This document shows positions 39,296 through 49,017 of a stretch of DNA of 64,000 nt, piece after piece (within the stretch, counting starts at the first letter, position 1; every line of letters starts with the position of its first letter). Under the pieces are notes generated by a model. That model was not told where the DNA came from and did no database searches. It was given only the letters and a program-made list of their open reading frames with translations. This DNA is from a virus. Lineage: Duplodnaviria; Caudoviricetes. The position numbers and the translations under genes were made by a program. Location: IMG/VR virus record IMGVR_UViG_3300037047_000246. One strand, 5' to 3'.

Positions 39296-39674
39296 CGCAC
39301 TCTTCGCACAGCGCCAAGCATCCCGCCGGAAACCCATCTCGCCTGAGCTGGGCGCACCGGCGCGCTCCCAGCTTGCGGCCTGACTCGTCGGCCGGGACTG
39401 CGGCCGGGCGAACGCCGCACAGACAGCATATTTTTCCAGCGCAGTATGCAGCGGCCGCTTCGCTCGCAGCGCGCCGCCTGTACGCGGCCTGGCGCCCTGC
39501 CGACGACGCTTTCTGCCGCTGCATGATCCGAGCGGAGTTGCGCTCGTAGTACTGCCTCTTGCACACAGCGCACCGGTACTGCATAAGCTTCATCCCGGCG
39601 CAGTCTGCAGTTTCAATTTCGTAGAAAATTTGCATTCCGTGCCAGCGACAGCTTCTGACTACGATGTTTTTCAC
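39285..39674 (-). CDS. Small Cys-rich hypothetical protein
   Basis: GTG start with GGGAGG RBS; CRWHG...RCAVC. Confidence 0.45.
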   Translation of the reverse strand: MKNIVVRSCRWHGMQIFYEIETADCAGMKLMQYRCAVCKRQYYERNSARIMQRQKASSAGRQAAYRRRAASEAAAAYCAGKICCLCGVRPAAVPADESGRKLGARRCAQLRRDGFPAGCLALCEECATG

Positions 39675-39773
39675 GCATGCACCTCCCCATTAACGCGTTA
39701 TTTTCCTTGATTGAGTCTGTTATGCATATTTACATATGAACCACTGAATACTCATCGATAAGGCAGGTACACA

Positions 39774-40583
39774 ATGCGCGTTGGAATCGTTCGCTCGGAC
39801 ATCAGCAAGATTTTTCTAAACGACGTGGAGAGCCGATCCCAGCGCTGCTTCTCGATGGAGCCGCCCGGCCAGACCAGGTACCTGCACAAGCCCAGCTCGG
39901 TGGAGCTCCTTGCGGTGCTCAATCAGCATGCGTGCTTGACTTTTCAGGGCGCGGACCAGAACGCGGCAGTCGCAACCAACGGCCTGGACGGCGACAAGCT
40001 CAACATCCGCACCAGCCCGACTGCCAACTTCGTTCAGGTGACTGTGACGGCCGGCGCAGCAGTGACCAAGGTCCAGATTGCGGCTGAGCTCAACGCGGCT
40101 TTCCGCGCGGCCGGGCTTCCGCTCGTCGCTCGCATTTCGGGCTTGAACCAGCTGACGATCGACACCACGACCAAGGGTCCCGGCGCGTACGTCGAAATCA
40201 GCGCAGTGCTGCCTGCTGCTGGCGCTTTGCACGTCGTGCTCGGTCTGGCCGCGGCGTCTGCCACCGGCCTGTCCGTTGCGGCCTTGCAGGCAGTGACTTA
40301 CCCGACTCCCGTCACTGTGGACGTGTCGATTCTTTCGCTCACTGCGCTTAGCACTTTCGCGCTCATGGCGCTTCCGGCCCAGCTTGCTATGTACGAAGCC
40401 ATTGCTGACGTCGTTGCGCCCAGGTTTGTGGAAACCGGCATGGCGCTGCTGTCGTTCGCATACGGCAACCTGTCCAAGATGCGCTCTGCCTCGTTCCAGC
40501 CTGGCGGCGCCCACGGCGGACTGCCAGCCGGTATCTGCGCAGCCATTGTGGACGACGACGGCGTCACTCCTATGGTTGTTTAG
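39774..40583 (+). CDS. Hypothetical virion structural protein
   Basis: Ala/Val-rich, biased codons. Confidence 0.7.
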   Translation: MRVGIVRSDISKIFLNDVESRSQRCFSMEPPGQTRYLHKPSSVELLAVLNQHACLTFQGADQNAAVATNGLDGDKLNIRTSPTANFVQVTVTAGAAVTKVQIAAELNAAFRAAGLPLVARISGLNQLTIDTTTKGPGAYVEISAVLPAAGALHVVLGLAAASATGLSVAALQAVTYPTPVTVDVSILSLTALSTFALMALPAQLAMYEAIADVVAPRFVETGMALLSFAYGNLSKMRSASFQPGGAHGGLPAGICAAIVDDDGVTPMVV

Positions 40584-40616
40584 TTCCGCGAAGATTGTTA
40601 CTGGTAGAGTTCGTTC

Positions 40617-40652
40617 ATGAGCTCTGCTAAAACTATCCGCTTCATCATCTGA
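40617..40652 (+). CDS. Possible leaderless uORF MSSAKTIRFII (UGA stop) upstream of the release factor
   Basis: TGgTAGAGT extended -10 ends 6 nt before the ATG. Read-through would stop at TGA 40692-40694, overlapping the RF start ATG. Confidence 0.35.
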   Translation: MSSAKTIRFII

Positions 40653-40690
40653 CATAAGCTCGTGCTGAGCTTCCAATGTAATTTCCTTGC

Positions 40691-41351
40691 ATGATCATCG
40701 AAATACGCGCAGCAGAAGGTGGACAGGACGCCAAACTTCTCGTGCTGGAACAGCTGAGCGTGTACGCAAAGCGCGCCGCTCGCCACTGTCTTTGACCTCG
40801 AAATCTTGGACCAGCGCCCAGGGTCGGTGACCCTGCGGTCCACAAGCCCCAAAGCAGAAGAGTTTTTCCGGAACGAATCAGGAGGTATGCGCTGGCAGCG
40901 GGTGCCGCCCACCGAGAAGCGCGGGCGTGTGCAGACCAGCACAGTTACTGTGGCAGTCTTGCCGGAGCCCGATTTCGAGCAGATGCGCATCAGAGACAGC
41001 GACCTGTCTTTTCGCACCTGCAGAGGGTCCGGGCCTGGCGGACAGAATCGCAACAAGCTCGAGACTGCTGTGCAGGTCACGCATGTGCCGACTGGGCTCT
41101 GCGTCCGGTGCGAGACTGAGCGGTCGCAGCTGCAAAACAAGCAGGGAGCGTTGGCGCTGCTCCGAGCTCGGTTGTGGCAAATTCAGCTGCAGGGGCGCAT
41201 CGACGCGCGTGCTGCTGACCGGAGGCAGCAGATAGGTTCCGGAGAGCGCGGAGACAAGCGCCGGACCATAGCTTTGCAGCGAGACCAAGTTGTCGATCAC
41301 GTGACTGGCCAGACCTGGAAAGCGAAAGCGTATTTGCGAGGTGAGTGGTAA
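40691..41351 (+). CDS. Class I peptide release factor, RF1-like (PxT, GGQ), lacking domain 1; split by a +1 frameshift at CTT-TGA-C (40790-40796)
   Basis: 0 frame MIIEIRAAEGGQDAK...ARHCL*; +1 frame DLEILDQ...ESGGMRWQRVPPTEKRGRVQTSTVTVAVLPE...GSGPGGQNRNK...SQLQNK. Confidence 0.85.
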
Positions 41352-41400
41352 TGCCTTTATGGGACCATTCCAGCATGAGCTGGGGGTGTGGAATCCTCGG

Positions 41401-43146
41401 CTAAGGGTTCCACACCCAGCGCTTCTTTCCCAAATCCCAGATTTTGCTGTAGCCCTGGCTTTCGCGCAGTTCAGTTTCGGTGTGCGTGCTTTCGCGTTCT
41501 TGTCCGCGTTTGCGCAACCCCGATTTGTTGTACCTTTTGCCAGCTTTTGTCCAGTAATAGCTTTGCGGCACGCAACCGTCGTTTTTGAACCCTAGCCGGT
41601 CGTACACTCGTCCGGTAAACAGCCTGTTGTCAGAGAACGAGACTATGGACGCCGGACGAGCGTCCGCCACAAACCGGCGCAGCAGTCTCGACCACACTCC
41701 ATGGACTTTGTAGTCAGGGTCCGATGCCATTCGAATGAGTTCCCACGGGTGAGCTGACTGCCTAGTCGGTTTTGCAAACGAGCAGCAAGCAACCATTTTC
41801 CCGTTTGCAAAGGCTCCGTAGCTGGCGGCAGACCTACATCGGCCAAGATAGTGGAAAGACTCGTAGAACGCATTGGCGCTGGAGTTGGGTACTCGCTCTA
41901 TCTTTGCTTCGGAAGCTCTCCACGCGTGCGCCGGACGGCTCTTCATCAGCCTATTTCGGACGATTTGCTTGATTTGCTGCTGGCGCAGCAGCCATTCGTC
42001 TTCGTACACTGCCATTACGCCGAGCCCGCGTTGCACGGCGTTCTGGTACTTGGTCCAATCGCGCTGTTTGGATCCAGGAAGGGAATGCCACTTCGTGCCC
42101 TGGAACTCCAGCACGATTGCATGCGTCTCGACGAACATGTCGTACGACAGCTTTCCTATTTTATGCTCCAGACGCACGTCCAATCCCAAGCTTCGCACGA
42201 ATTCGGCCAGTTCTAGTTGGCCGCTGGACGTGCGATTGGTGCTACATCCGCATGTCAGCGCTGCACCTGCTCTTATGTGGTCCCAGCGAGGCGCATACTC
42301 TTTGCCGCACGCGCCGCATAAAGCCAAAACAGGACTGGACGTTCGCGTAACTTTGTCCAGGATGGCGAAAGGGCCCGCCGGCAAGTCGCTTGGGCTGATC
42401 GGGGGCTTCATGGCCCGAAGTTGTTCCCTGTGTTTGGCGAACCAGCTGTCCACGCCGCTTCGGCATTTGCCGCAACACACTGTGCGACCTCGCGTCACAT
42501 TTTGCACGACAGCCTGAAAGACGCCTCCGCAATCGCACTGCCACTCCAGTTTTTTGTTCGATCGCAACGCCAGCTCCGTTGCAAAACGCAGTCGCAATCG
42601 TCCAAACTTTGTGTTTGCCCAAAACTCGGCAGGCATCGTGTTGCATTTGCCGCACGAAGTGCGGTGGCCTCGCGTCACCTCAACCATGGTCGCCTGCGTG
42701 TCTTTGCCGCAGTCGCACACCCACCAAACGCGTTTGCTGGACGCCCGAAGCACGCTCTCCGGGAATTTCATTCGGAGCTTGCCGAATTTGGACTGCTCCA
42801 TGGTGCTGGAGTCCACTTCGTTGCATCTGCCGCAAGACTTGGCGCGTCCGTTGGCTACCCGAACGATGGGAAGCATGGCGGTTTTGCCGCAGTCGCACAG
42901 CCATTCGACCACCTTGTTGGATCCATTCTTGTGGTCCTGAGGGTGCGCCATGGATAGGTGGCCGTATCGGGTAGTCTCCCAATGCGACTGCGGCAGCAGG
43001 TTGCACTGGCCGCACGACTTGATTTTTCCATTGAACACGCTTGACCACGGACGTAGTACGCCTTTGCGTCCGCAAGAGCAGTCGTACCTGGTGAGCTGCC
43101 CTGACCATCTGGTCTTTACGGTTTCGCCTGCAGACAGCGTTAGCAT
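41401..43146 (-). CDS. FG.L...W.CDCG zinc-finger repeats + PD-(D/E)xK nuclease + Mom-like GNAT domain
   Basis: Four CDCG/CSCG repeats; YDMFV...VLEFQGTKWH; FYESFHYLG..WELIRMAS..SFSDNRLFTGRVYDRLGF. Confidence 0.8.
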   Translation of the reverse strand: MLTLSAGETVKTRWSGQLTRYDCSCGRKGVLRPWSSVFNGKIKSCGQCNLLPQSHWETTRYGHLSMAHPQDHKNGSNKVVEWLCDCGKTAMLPIVRVANGRAKSCGRCNEVDSSTMEQSKFGKLRMKFPESVLRASSKRVWWVCDCGKDTQATMVEVTRGHRTSCGKCNTMPAEFWANTKFGRLRLRFATELALRSNKKLEWQCDCGGVFQAVVQNVTRGRTVCCGKCRSGVDSWFAKHREQLRAMKPPISPSDLPAGPFAILDKVTRTSSPVLALCGACGKEYAPRWDHIRAGAALTCGCSTNRTSSGQLELAEFVRSLGLDVRLEHKIGKLSYDMFVETHAIVLEFQGTKWHSLPGSKQRDWTKYQNAVQRGLGVMAVYEDEWLLRQQQIKQIVRNRLMKSRPAHAWRASEAKIERVPNSSANAFYESFHYLGRCRSAASYGAFANGKMVACCSFAKPTRQSAHPWELIRMASDPDYKVHGVWSRLLRRFVADARPASIVSFSDNRLFTGRVYDRLGFKNDGCVPQSYYWTKAGKRYNKSGLRKRGQERESTHTETELRESQGYSKIWDLGKKRWVWNP

Positions 43147-43218
43147 GCTCGATCTTTGGTAGTGTTTTCTTGCAGCCACGTCCGGGAAACAAAGAGCTGA
43201 GGCATACGCGGAAAATAC

Positions 43219-43461
43219 ATGAACACTAATACAGAAAACGAGTTTGAGACGCACGACATTTACCTGGCTGCCTTTCTGGCTGTGTCGTCATGCACCCTGC
43301 TGCGCCGGCGCAAGCAAGCCAACCGCGTCTACTTCATCTTCACCAACCCTGCCGGTCCAGTCCAAGACCTCCGGGAAGCCTTCTTTTCGGGGCAAGCTAA
43401 AGTGTCCGCTCATGAGTACGCACAGCGCATCGTGGCGTTTAAGCAGTTGTGTTACGAGTGA
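43219..43461 (+). CDS. DUF5659-like small protein
   Basis: FETHDIYLAAFL...RVYFIF pattern. Confidence 0.7.
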   Translation: MNTNTENEFETHDIYLAAFLAVSSCTLLRRRKQANRVYFIFTNPAGPVQDLREAFFSGQAKVSAHEYAQRIVAFKQLCYE

Positions 43462-43527
43462 TCGAAGGCAAGACGCTTGCGCGAGTCAGAGGCGTAGTTG
43501 CGTCCCCTCTGAGCGCCAGGCGCTCGG

Positions 43528-43770
43528 CTACGGTTCCACGGCTTGTTGGACGACTAGCTCGTCGAAGCTCATTTCCCGCACTTTCACGCTTTTGACGTTC
43601 TTGTCCTTTGCATGGGAAAGAACGTGCTGCATGAGTTTATCAACAGCCTCGTCCTCGCTCAGGCCGTCAGCTCGCAGCTGCGGATTGCTGGCGGCGTAGG
43701 CCAAGAAGGGTTTGTGGAAGGCCACAGGGTAAATCGGGTCCTGCTCGGTTTCCACCACGATGATTTCCAT
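43528..43770 (-). CDS. Small hypothetical protein (possibly HicB-like N-domain)
   Basis: A...G.SEDEAV..L pattern. Confidence 0.45.
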   Translation of the reverse strand: MEIIVVETEQDPIYPVAFHKPFLAYAASNPQLRADGLSEDEAVDKLMQHVLSHAKDKNVKSVKVREMSFDELVVQQAVEP

Positions 43771-43805
43771 GAGAGAGTTTACACTTTCGATTGGCCGTCT
43801 GGAGC

Positions 43806-44171
43806 ATGGCAAGGGTAATCGTAGCCGGTCGGTGCTCGTTCTTTCAGCCAGACTTCTTTGAAGCCGGCCAGCGCAAAACAGGAGTCACCTGGGCTGAACT
43901 GACTTTGCGAGCTTTTTCCAACGGCGCTCTGCTCGCTTGGCCCCTTGCAAACGGCGCCGGCGTGCCGGACTCTTCCGTGTCTTCAGGCGCTGTGTACTTC
44001 GACGAGGTGGTCGGATGCGCCGGATTTTACCGCCTCAGGTTCTTTCCGGACAGGGTTGGATACTGGCGCCTGGTTCTGCAGCACCCGACAGCCGGCGAAT
44101 GCTCGCTGGAGTTTGACTCTGTGCCTGCTCAACCGTCTTCATCCGGGCTGACGGCCCAGTTTGGACCATGA
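43806..44171 (+). CDS. Virion protein with a beta-sandwich module
   Basis: GGAG RBS; FY.L.F...G.W module like those in 44168 and 52642. Confidence 0.6.
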   Translation: MARVIVAGRCSFFQPDFFEAGQRKTGVTWAELTLRAFSNGALLAWPLANGAGVPDSSVSSGAVYFDEVVGCAGFYRLRFFPDRVGYWRLVLQHPTAGECSLEFDSVPAQPSSSGLTAQFGP

Positions 44172-45388
44172 CTGCTTTTTTGCGACGCACTGTCCCCTCA
44201 GAGCTGCTGCTGACGCTCCGAAATGACCTCGGCCAAGCGCAGGACGCGGACGAAGTCGTATGGACTGTGCTTTCGTCCAGCGATGGCCATCCGGCGTCAG
44301 GCGTCCGAATGCGGGCCGTCCGCACCGGAGTGGGGTCTTATGCGGCAACTTGGTATGCAGACTGCCCAACAGGCCCTTACGAAATCGCTTGGGAGTACAA
44401 GCAAGACCCGGGCGACGCATGGTCCAAGGCTACAGATCATTTTTTCGTGATAGATCCGGACCAGATCGCTCGTGCGGGTCGCGTCGTCGGCCTTCCCGCT
44501 CCGGGCACGCTGGCGTTCGAGTCGGGTTCGCTTGTCGAAGGGCAAGACGGCCTTGTTTTGCGCTTGTTGCAAGACGGTGTGCCTGTGGACGCGTTCGACG
44601 TGTCCTGGACCATCCTTGACTCGGCTGGACGCCAGGTCACCGCCAAAACCGCGGCCGCCAGGGCAGCCGTCGGCGTCTACTGCGTCGTTTGGCATGCGGC
44701 CGGAGCCACGAGCTACATGGTGTTGTGGGAATTCAGGCAGTCTGCAAACTCCCCGCTGCAATCGACCAAACAGGACTTTTGCGTCGTCAGCCGGTCGTTG
44801 CCGTACGCAGTGGTGGTGAAGCAGTATTACCCGACGTTCGCCAGAAGCTCTGGACCTAGCAGAGCCTTCGCACATGTGGCCTGCCCCGCCAGCTGCTCTA
44901 CGCACACGTCCTCGTGCGGCTCGTGGACGTCGTTTGGCCCGTGCGTCTCTTGGCAGCCTAGCTGCGCCGTTTCCAGCGACTGCGTGTGCAGGTGCGACGC
45001 CGCGCAACCAGTTGCGAGGTCTGTACACCTGCCCCGCACTGTGCTGCCCAGCGGCGGAGAGTATACGGACCAGGCAAAGTTTATCATTCCCGCTGGCATC
45101 AGTCGAGTCGTCTTTTGGGTAGAATATGAGCGGGGGTCTGAAGATGGGCAAGCCATAGTCAGGCTCATGTGGAGCAACGGCGTAGACGAGGTTCACGACA
45201 CCAGATGTCAAGACGGGACTTTGCTTGCAGAAGACATGCTTGTGCCGTTTCCTGAATCTGGCGGCGTTGCGTCTTTCTCGGTGTCTGCTGACGTCATAGG
45301 TGGTATGACAGGAGTTAGACTGCTGGTTGCTGAGTGCGGAGATGCTAGCAACCCTGGTATAGCGGAGATTTATGTGACAGCTAGTTAG
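44168..45388 (+). CDS. Virion protein with two repeated beta-sandwich modules and a Cys-rich linker
   Basis: YAATW..GPYEIAWEY and VYCVVW..SYMVLWEF repeats. Confidence 0.65.
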   Translation: MTAFLRRTVPSELLLTLRNDLGQAQDADEVVWTVLSSSDGHPASGVRMRAVRTGVGSYAATWYADCPTGPYEIAWEYKQDPGDAWSKATDHFFVIDPDQIARAGRVVGLPAPGTLAFESGSLVEGQDGLVLRLLQDGVPVDAFDVSWTILDSAGRQVTAKTAAARAAVGVYCVVWHAAGATSYMVLWEFRQSANSPLQSTKQDFCVVSRSLPYAVVVKQYYPTFARSSGPSRAFAHVACPASCSTHTSSCGSWTSFGPCVSWQPSCAVSSDCVCRCDAAQPVARSVHLPRTVLPSGGEYTDQAKFIIPAGISRVVFWVEYERGSEDGQAIVRLMWSNGVDEVHDTRCQDGTLLAEDMLVPFPESGGVASFSVSADVIGGMTGVRLLVAECGDASNPGIAEIYVTAS

Positions 45389-45395
45389 GTCGCCA

Positions 45396-45857
45396 ATGTC
45401 AACCAGATCAGTTGAAAAGTCAGAGTCCGCAGTTTACCACGTTTATTTGTCGTGGCCTGAGTTTCGCAAACTGATTGACGGGTCTATTGCTAGCTTGGCT
45501 TATGTGCACATCAATCAAGCCAGGAATGGCTTGAAGGTGTTGACGCAAGAAGCAAGTGGCATACGTTATTGCTGTACGCTCCTAGGCAGTGATCAGGTTG
45601 CGCTCGAGGATTGGCGTCAGAATTTCGAAAACAACACCGTGGTGGCAGGGGTTCTCAGTCGACTGCTTATGATAAAGTTGTTTGACATGTCTAGCTCTGA
45701 TGCCAGCTACGTCGGCACGGCACCAAGGGGTTCCAGCGCAGAGGATCCAGTGTGGATGGTGAACAGAATTAGTTTCGACGAAAGCGGTACTCCGGTCGAC
45801 AGTTTGTGGGCCGGACCGGCGAAGTGGTCCGATAGAACTGCGCTGACCTATAGTTGA
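45396..45857 (+). CDS. Hypothetical virion-associated protein
   Basis: YVGTA..GS....W...RI...W.DR..LTY motif recalled from tail-gene clusters. Confidence 0.6.
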   Translation: MSTRSVEKSESAVYHVYLSWPEFRKLIDGSIASLAYVHINQARNGLKVLTQEASGIRYCCTLLGSDQVALEDWRQNFENNTVVAGVLSRLLMIKLFDMSSSDASYVGTAPRGSSAEDPVWMVNRISFDESGTPVDSLWAGPAKWSDRTALTYS

Positions 45858-45927
45858 AACAGACCTGACTCTGTTGCTGAATTGAATCATTATTTGGTAG
45901 GATGTCTCACGAGTTTTTATTGAAGCC

Positions 45928-47496
45928 ATGGCTGCTCCTGTCTACAGCACCGACCTTCAGGATATCGCGACTGCGGACAACGTGCCCGCAGAGACGTGGA
46001 ACGAGCCTACAGGGTCTGTGGCCGGCGCCGTGCCCGCCCCTGGCGACACTGAAAACCTGATCCAGGGCGTAGGTGGCGTCAGCAAGGCGTGCGCTGTTGC
46101 AGGCGGCGGACTTTGCGGTATGGGCTTCGCTGCTGCGGCACCCAAGACCATCGCAAGTCCGAACGCGATCTTCTCGTGGATCTTCTTCGCGTCTCCTGGC
46201 GCGCTGCAGACTGAAGCAAACGGCGGGCTCCAGATCATCGCTGGCAACACGGCAGCGAACTACAAGCGGTTCTACATCCGGGGCAAGGACACGTACGCGT
46301 ACTCCGGGTGGATTTGTGTGCCGGTGGATCCGAACACGACTGCGCAGGCTACGTACGGATCTCCCAGCGGGGTCTGGCAGTACTTCGGCGGCGTTGCGTC
46401 GACGACCGTGACGATCTCCAAGGGCAGCCCGTTCGCAATGGACGTGATTCGGTTCGGCCGCACCCTGCAGTGCGTCGGTGGTGATCTCGCCAACGGCTAC
46501 GCGACCTTCGTGGGAGCTGCCGAGAAGAACGACATGAATGTCGTCGGCAACTACAACCGCTGGGGCCTGCTCCAGGACATCGGCGGCAGCTACCTGCAGC
46601 AAGGTCTGTTCTTGATGGGAACGGCTACCACAGCCGTGGACTTCAGGGATGCGAACAGGACAATCAGCATCGCGGACACCAAGCGGGTGACGGCAGCGTT
46701 CAACGCTTTCGAGGTTCGCAACGCAAGCAGCCGCGTCGACTGGGCGAACTGCAACTTCACGGCGCTCGGCACCACGTCTCGTGGCAACCTGATCGTGACT
46801 GACAACGCCACGGTGAACCTAACCACATGCGTGTTCACCGGCATGGGGACGTTCGCGTTCCAGTCGAACAGCACGATCCTGACATCGACGTTCCGCCGCT
46901 GCGACATGGTAACGACGGGCGGGGCGACCTTCACCGGTTGTACGTTCGACGGCAGCTACGGTGTAGCCGCAGTCAGGACCACCAGCATCAGCGTGGTGAC
47001 GGGCTGCGAGTTCGTTTCGGCTGGCACCGGCCACGCGGTAGAGGCCACCGTTGCTGGGTCGTACAACTCGAACAACACGTACACCGGGTACGCGACGAAC
47101 AGCGGTACCGCTGAGAACCGCGCGTTCCACAATTCGTCTGGCGGGCACATCGACCTGACGATCACGGGTGGGGACACGCCGTCAGTGCGGAACAGCGGCG
47201 GCAGCACGACGAACGTGATCGTGCCGGAAGTGACGCTGACCGTTAGCAGCCAGGTCAGCTTGGCGGGCGCCGAGATCCGCGTCTACGACATGGACGGCGC
47301 TCTGCCCAGTCTGGGGACAGAGCTTGCGGGGGTGGAGTCGAACGTGGGGGCGAGCTTCAGCTTCTCGACCTCGGCGGGCAACCAGGTCTGGCTGCAGATC
47401 ATGCTCGACGGGTACAAAGAGTTTGGTCAGCAGCTTACGATGCCAGCCACGAACGGCAGTTTTATTGCGTTGCTCCGAGTTGAGACGAACGCGTAG
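45928..47496 (+). CDS. Tail/fibre-associated protein, probable beta-helix
   Basis: T/G/N-rich repeats (CNFT, CVFTG, STFRRC, CTFDG). Confidence 0.65.
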   Translation: MAAPVYSTDLQDIATADNVPAETWNEPTGSVAGAVPAPGDTENLIQGVGGVSKACAVAGGGLCGMGFAAAAPKTIASPNAIFSWIFFASPGALQTEANGGLQIIAGNTAANYKRFYIRGKDTYAYSGWICVPVDPNTTAQATYGSPSGVWQYFGGVASTTVTISKGSPFAMDVIRFGRTLQCVGGDLANGYATFVGAAEKNDMNVVGNYNRWGLLQDIGGSYLQQGLFLMGTATTAVDFRDANRTISIADTKRVTAAFNAFEVRNASSRVDWANCNFTALGTTSRGNLIVTDNATVNLTTCVFTGMGTFAFQSNSTILTSTFRRCDMVTTGGATFTGCTFDGSYGVAAVRTTSISVVTGCEFVSAGTGHAVEATVAGSYNSNNTYTGYATNSGTAENRAFHNSSGGHIDLTITGGDTPSVRNSGGSTTNVIVPEVTLTVSSQVSLAGAEIRVYDMDGALPSLGTELAGVESNVGASFSFSTSAGNQVWLQIMLDGYKEFGQQLTMPATNGSFIALLRVETNA

Positions 47497-47507
47497 GAGA
47501 AGTAGTC

Positions 47508-49007
47508 ATGCCTCTGATCGACCACACGAATTTCGACACGATGCTCAAGCAGTCGAGCAGCCCCCGAAACGGGACGCCCGATGGCAATGTGTACTTCGAC
47601 ATGGTGAACAATGAGATCCAGCTCATTGGCGCCAATGAGCTGGCCCAGGTCAACTTTGGGGCGGGGATGGTCGACAACCCGCTGAACAACTTCGACGGGA
47701 TCACGCTCCGAGCGCTGTACAACTTCGAGAACGCGCGCCGCAGGGTTGACGAGACGCTGCGGTCCTTCCTGCGTGCCACGGACGGCGTGTTTCGGTTCGC
47801 AGGCGCGTTCGCGTTCATCAACGGCGTGAAGCTCGATGGGACCGACCGCAACAAGATCCGCAGCTCTGGCTGGATCGAGTACGCCGACACTCCCGGCGGA
47901 ACAGATGTGGACCGCATCTATCACGGGGTACTTTCACTGGTCGACATCCAGAACACGACGGTGCCGCTCTACGCGCTTGTGGAGACAACGGACGAAGCGT
48001 CGCTCCAGGCAGCCACCTGGTCTGCGTTCGTGCGCGAGGGCGACATCAACGAAGCCGTACAGGTGTACGGCGACACAGCCTACGGAGACATGGGGGCAGG
48101 CGACTTCGACTACACGTCTCGCACCTTGGTCGTGCGCGTCCGGTCCTGGGGCTACAACCCCGGTGAGACGACCAGCATCCTGACTGGTATCTCGGAGTTC
48201 AGCGGGTTCTCGGCAGGCTACGGCGTTGGCGAAACCGTCAACCCGGCCAACATCTACCAGCTCGCGGACGTGTTCGGTGGTGCTCAGATCGCTCCGTGGA
48301 CCGGCATGAAGGTGGAGAAGCTCGCGTCTCCGCAGACCGAGACTGGCTTCAACGAGGCGGACGGCAGTTTTACTTGGGTGCTGCACAACACGGGCGGCGG
48401 CACGGTGCAGGAGTGCGCGGCCTACCTGGACGCGCTTACGCTCCAGAACGCCGATGTTGATGATGGTGACGGCAGCTACAACGGCCAGAAGGGCCGCGTG
48501 TGGTACAGCCGCAACGCGTCCGGTAAGGTCGTCACCGCCTCGATTGGTGGGGACGGCCTGTTCATCGAAGGCCTGTCGACTGCTGAAAAGCAGAACGTCA
48601 TCATGACGGACGACAGCGGGGCGACGAAGACCTACCCGTACTTCCCGGAGATCCAGATCACGGTCGGCGCCGCTGCCGTCGCGGATCCACTGGCCTGGTG
48701 GCACGTGTTTTACGCGAACGGCGCAGGCGATCTCGACTTCGACAAGGCGGGTGCCGTCACGGTCAACGACGCCGACGGCGATCCGATGAAGGGGATCGTG
48801 TCGGTGGACCACGTGGCGGGCAAGATCTCAGTCCCCTACGCGTTCGACACCAACACGCAGGCGGGCCTTCCTGCCGGGCAGCCCAAGGACATGGTCGTCC
48901 AGGTGGAAGGCGACGGCGGCTGTGCACAGGCAATCTCGTACTTCACCGTGACCCGCACCGCTGTGGTGCCCGTCATTTGCGCACCGCCCGCTGACTCCAA
49001 CGCGTAA
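47508..49007 (+). CDS. Tail-associated structural protein
   Basis: AGGAG RBS; in operon with flanking fibre-like genes. Confidence 0.65.
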   Translation: MPLIDHTNFDTMLKQSSSPRNGTPDGNVYFDMVNNEIQLIGANELAQVNFGAGMVDNPLNNFDGITLRALYNFENARRRVDETLRSFLRATDGVFRFAGAFAFINGVKLDGTDRNKIRSSGWIEYADTPGGTDVDRIYHGVLSLVDIQNTTVPLYALVETTDEASLQAATWSAFVREGDINEAVQVYGDTAYGDMGAGDFDYTSRTLVVRVRSWGYNPGETTSILTGISEFSGFSAGYGVGETVNPANIYQLADVFGGAQIAPWTGMKVEKLASPQTETGFNEADGSFTWVLHNTGGGTVQECAAYLDALTLQNADVDDGDGSYNGQKGRVWYSRNASGKVVTASIGGDGLFIEGLSTAEKQNVIMTDDSGATKTYPYFPEIQITVGAAAVADPLAWWHVFYANGAGDLDFDKAGAVTVNDADGDPMKGIVSVDHVAGKISVPYAFDTNTQAGLPAGQPKDMVVQVEGDGGCAQAISYFTVTRTAVVPVICAPPADSNA

Positions 49008-49017
49008 GGTAGGGCAC

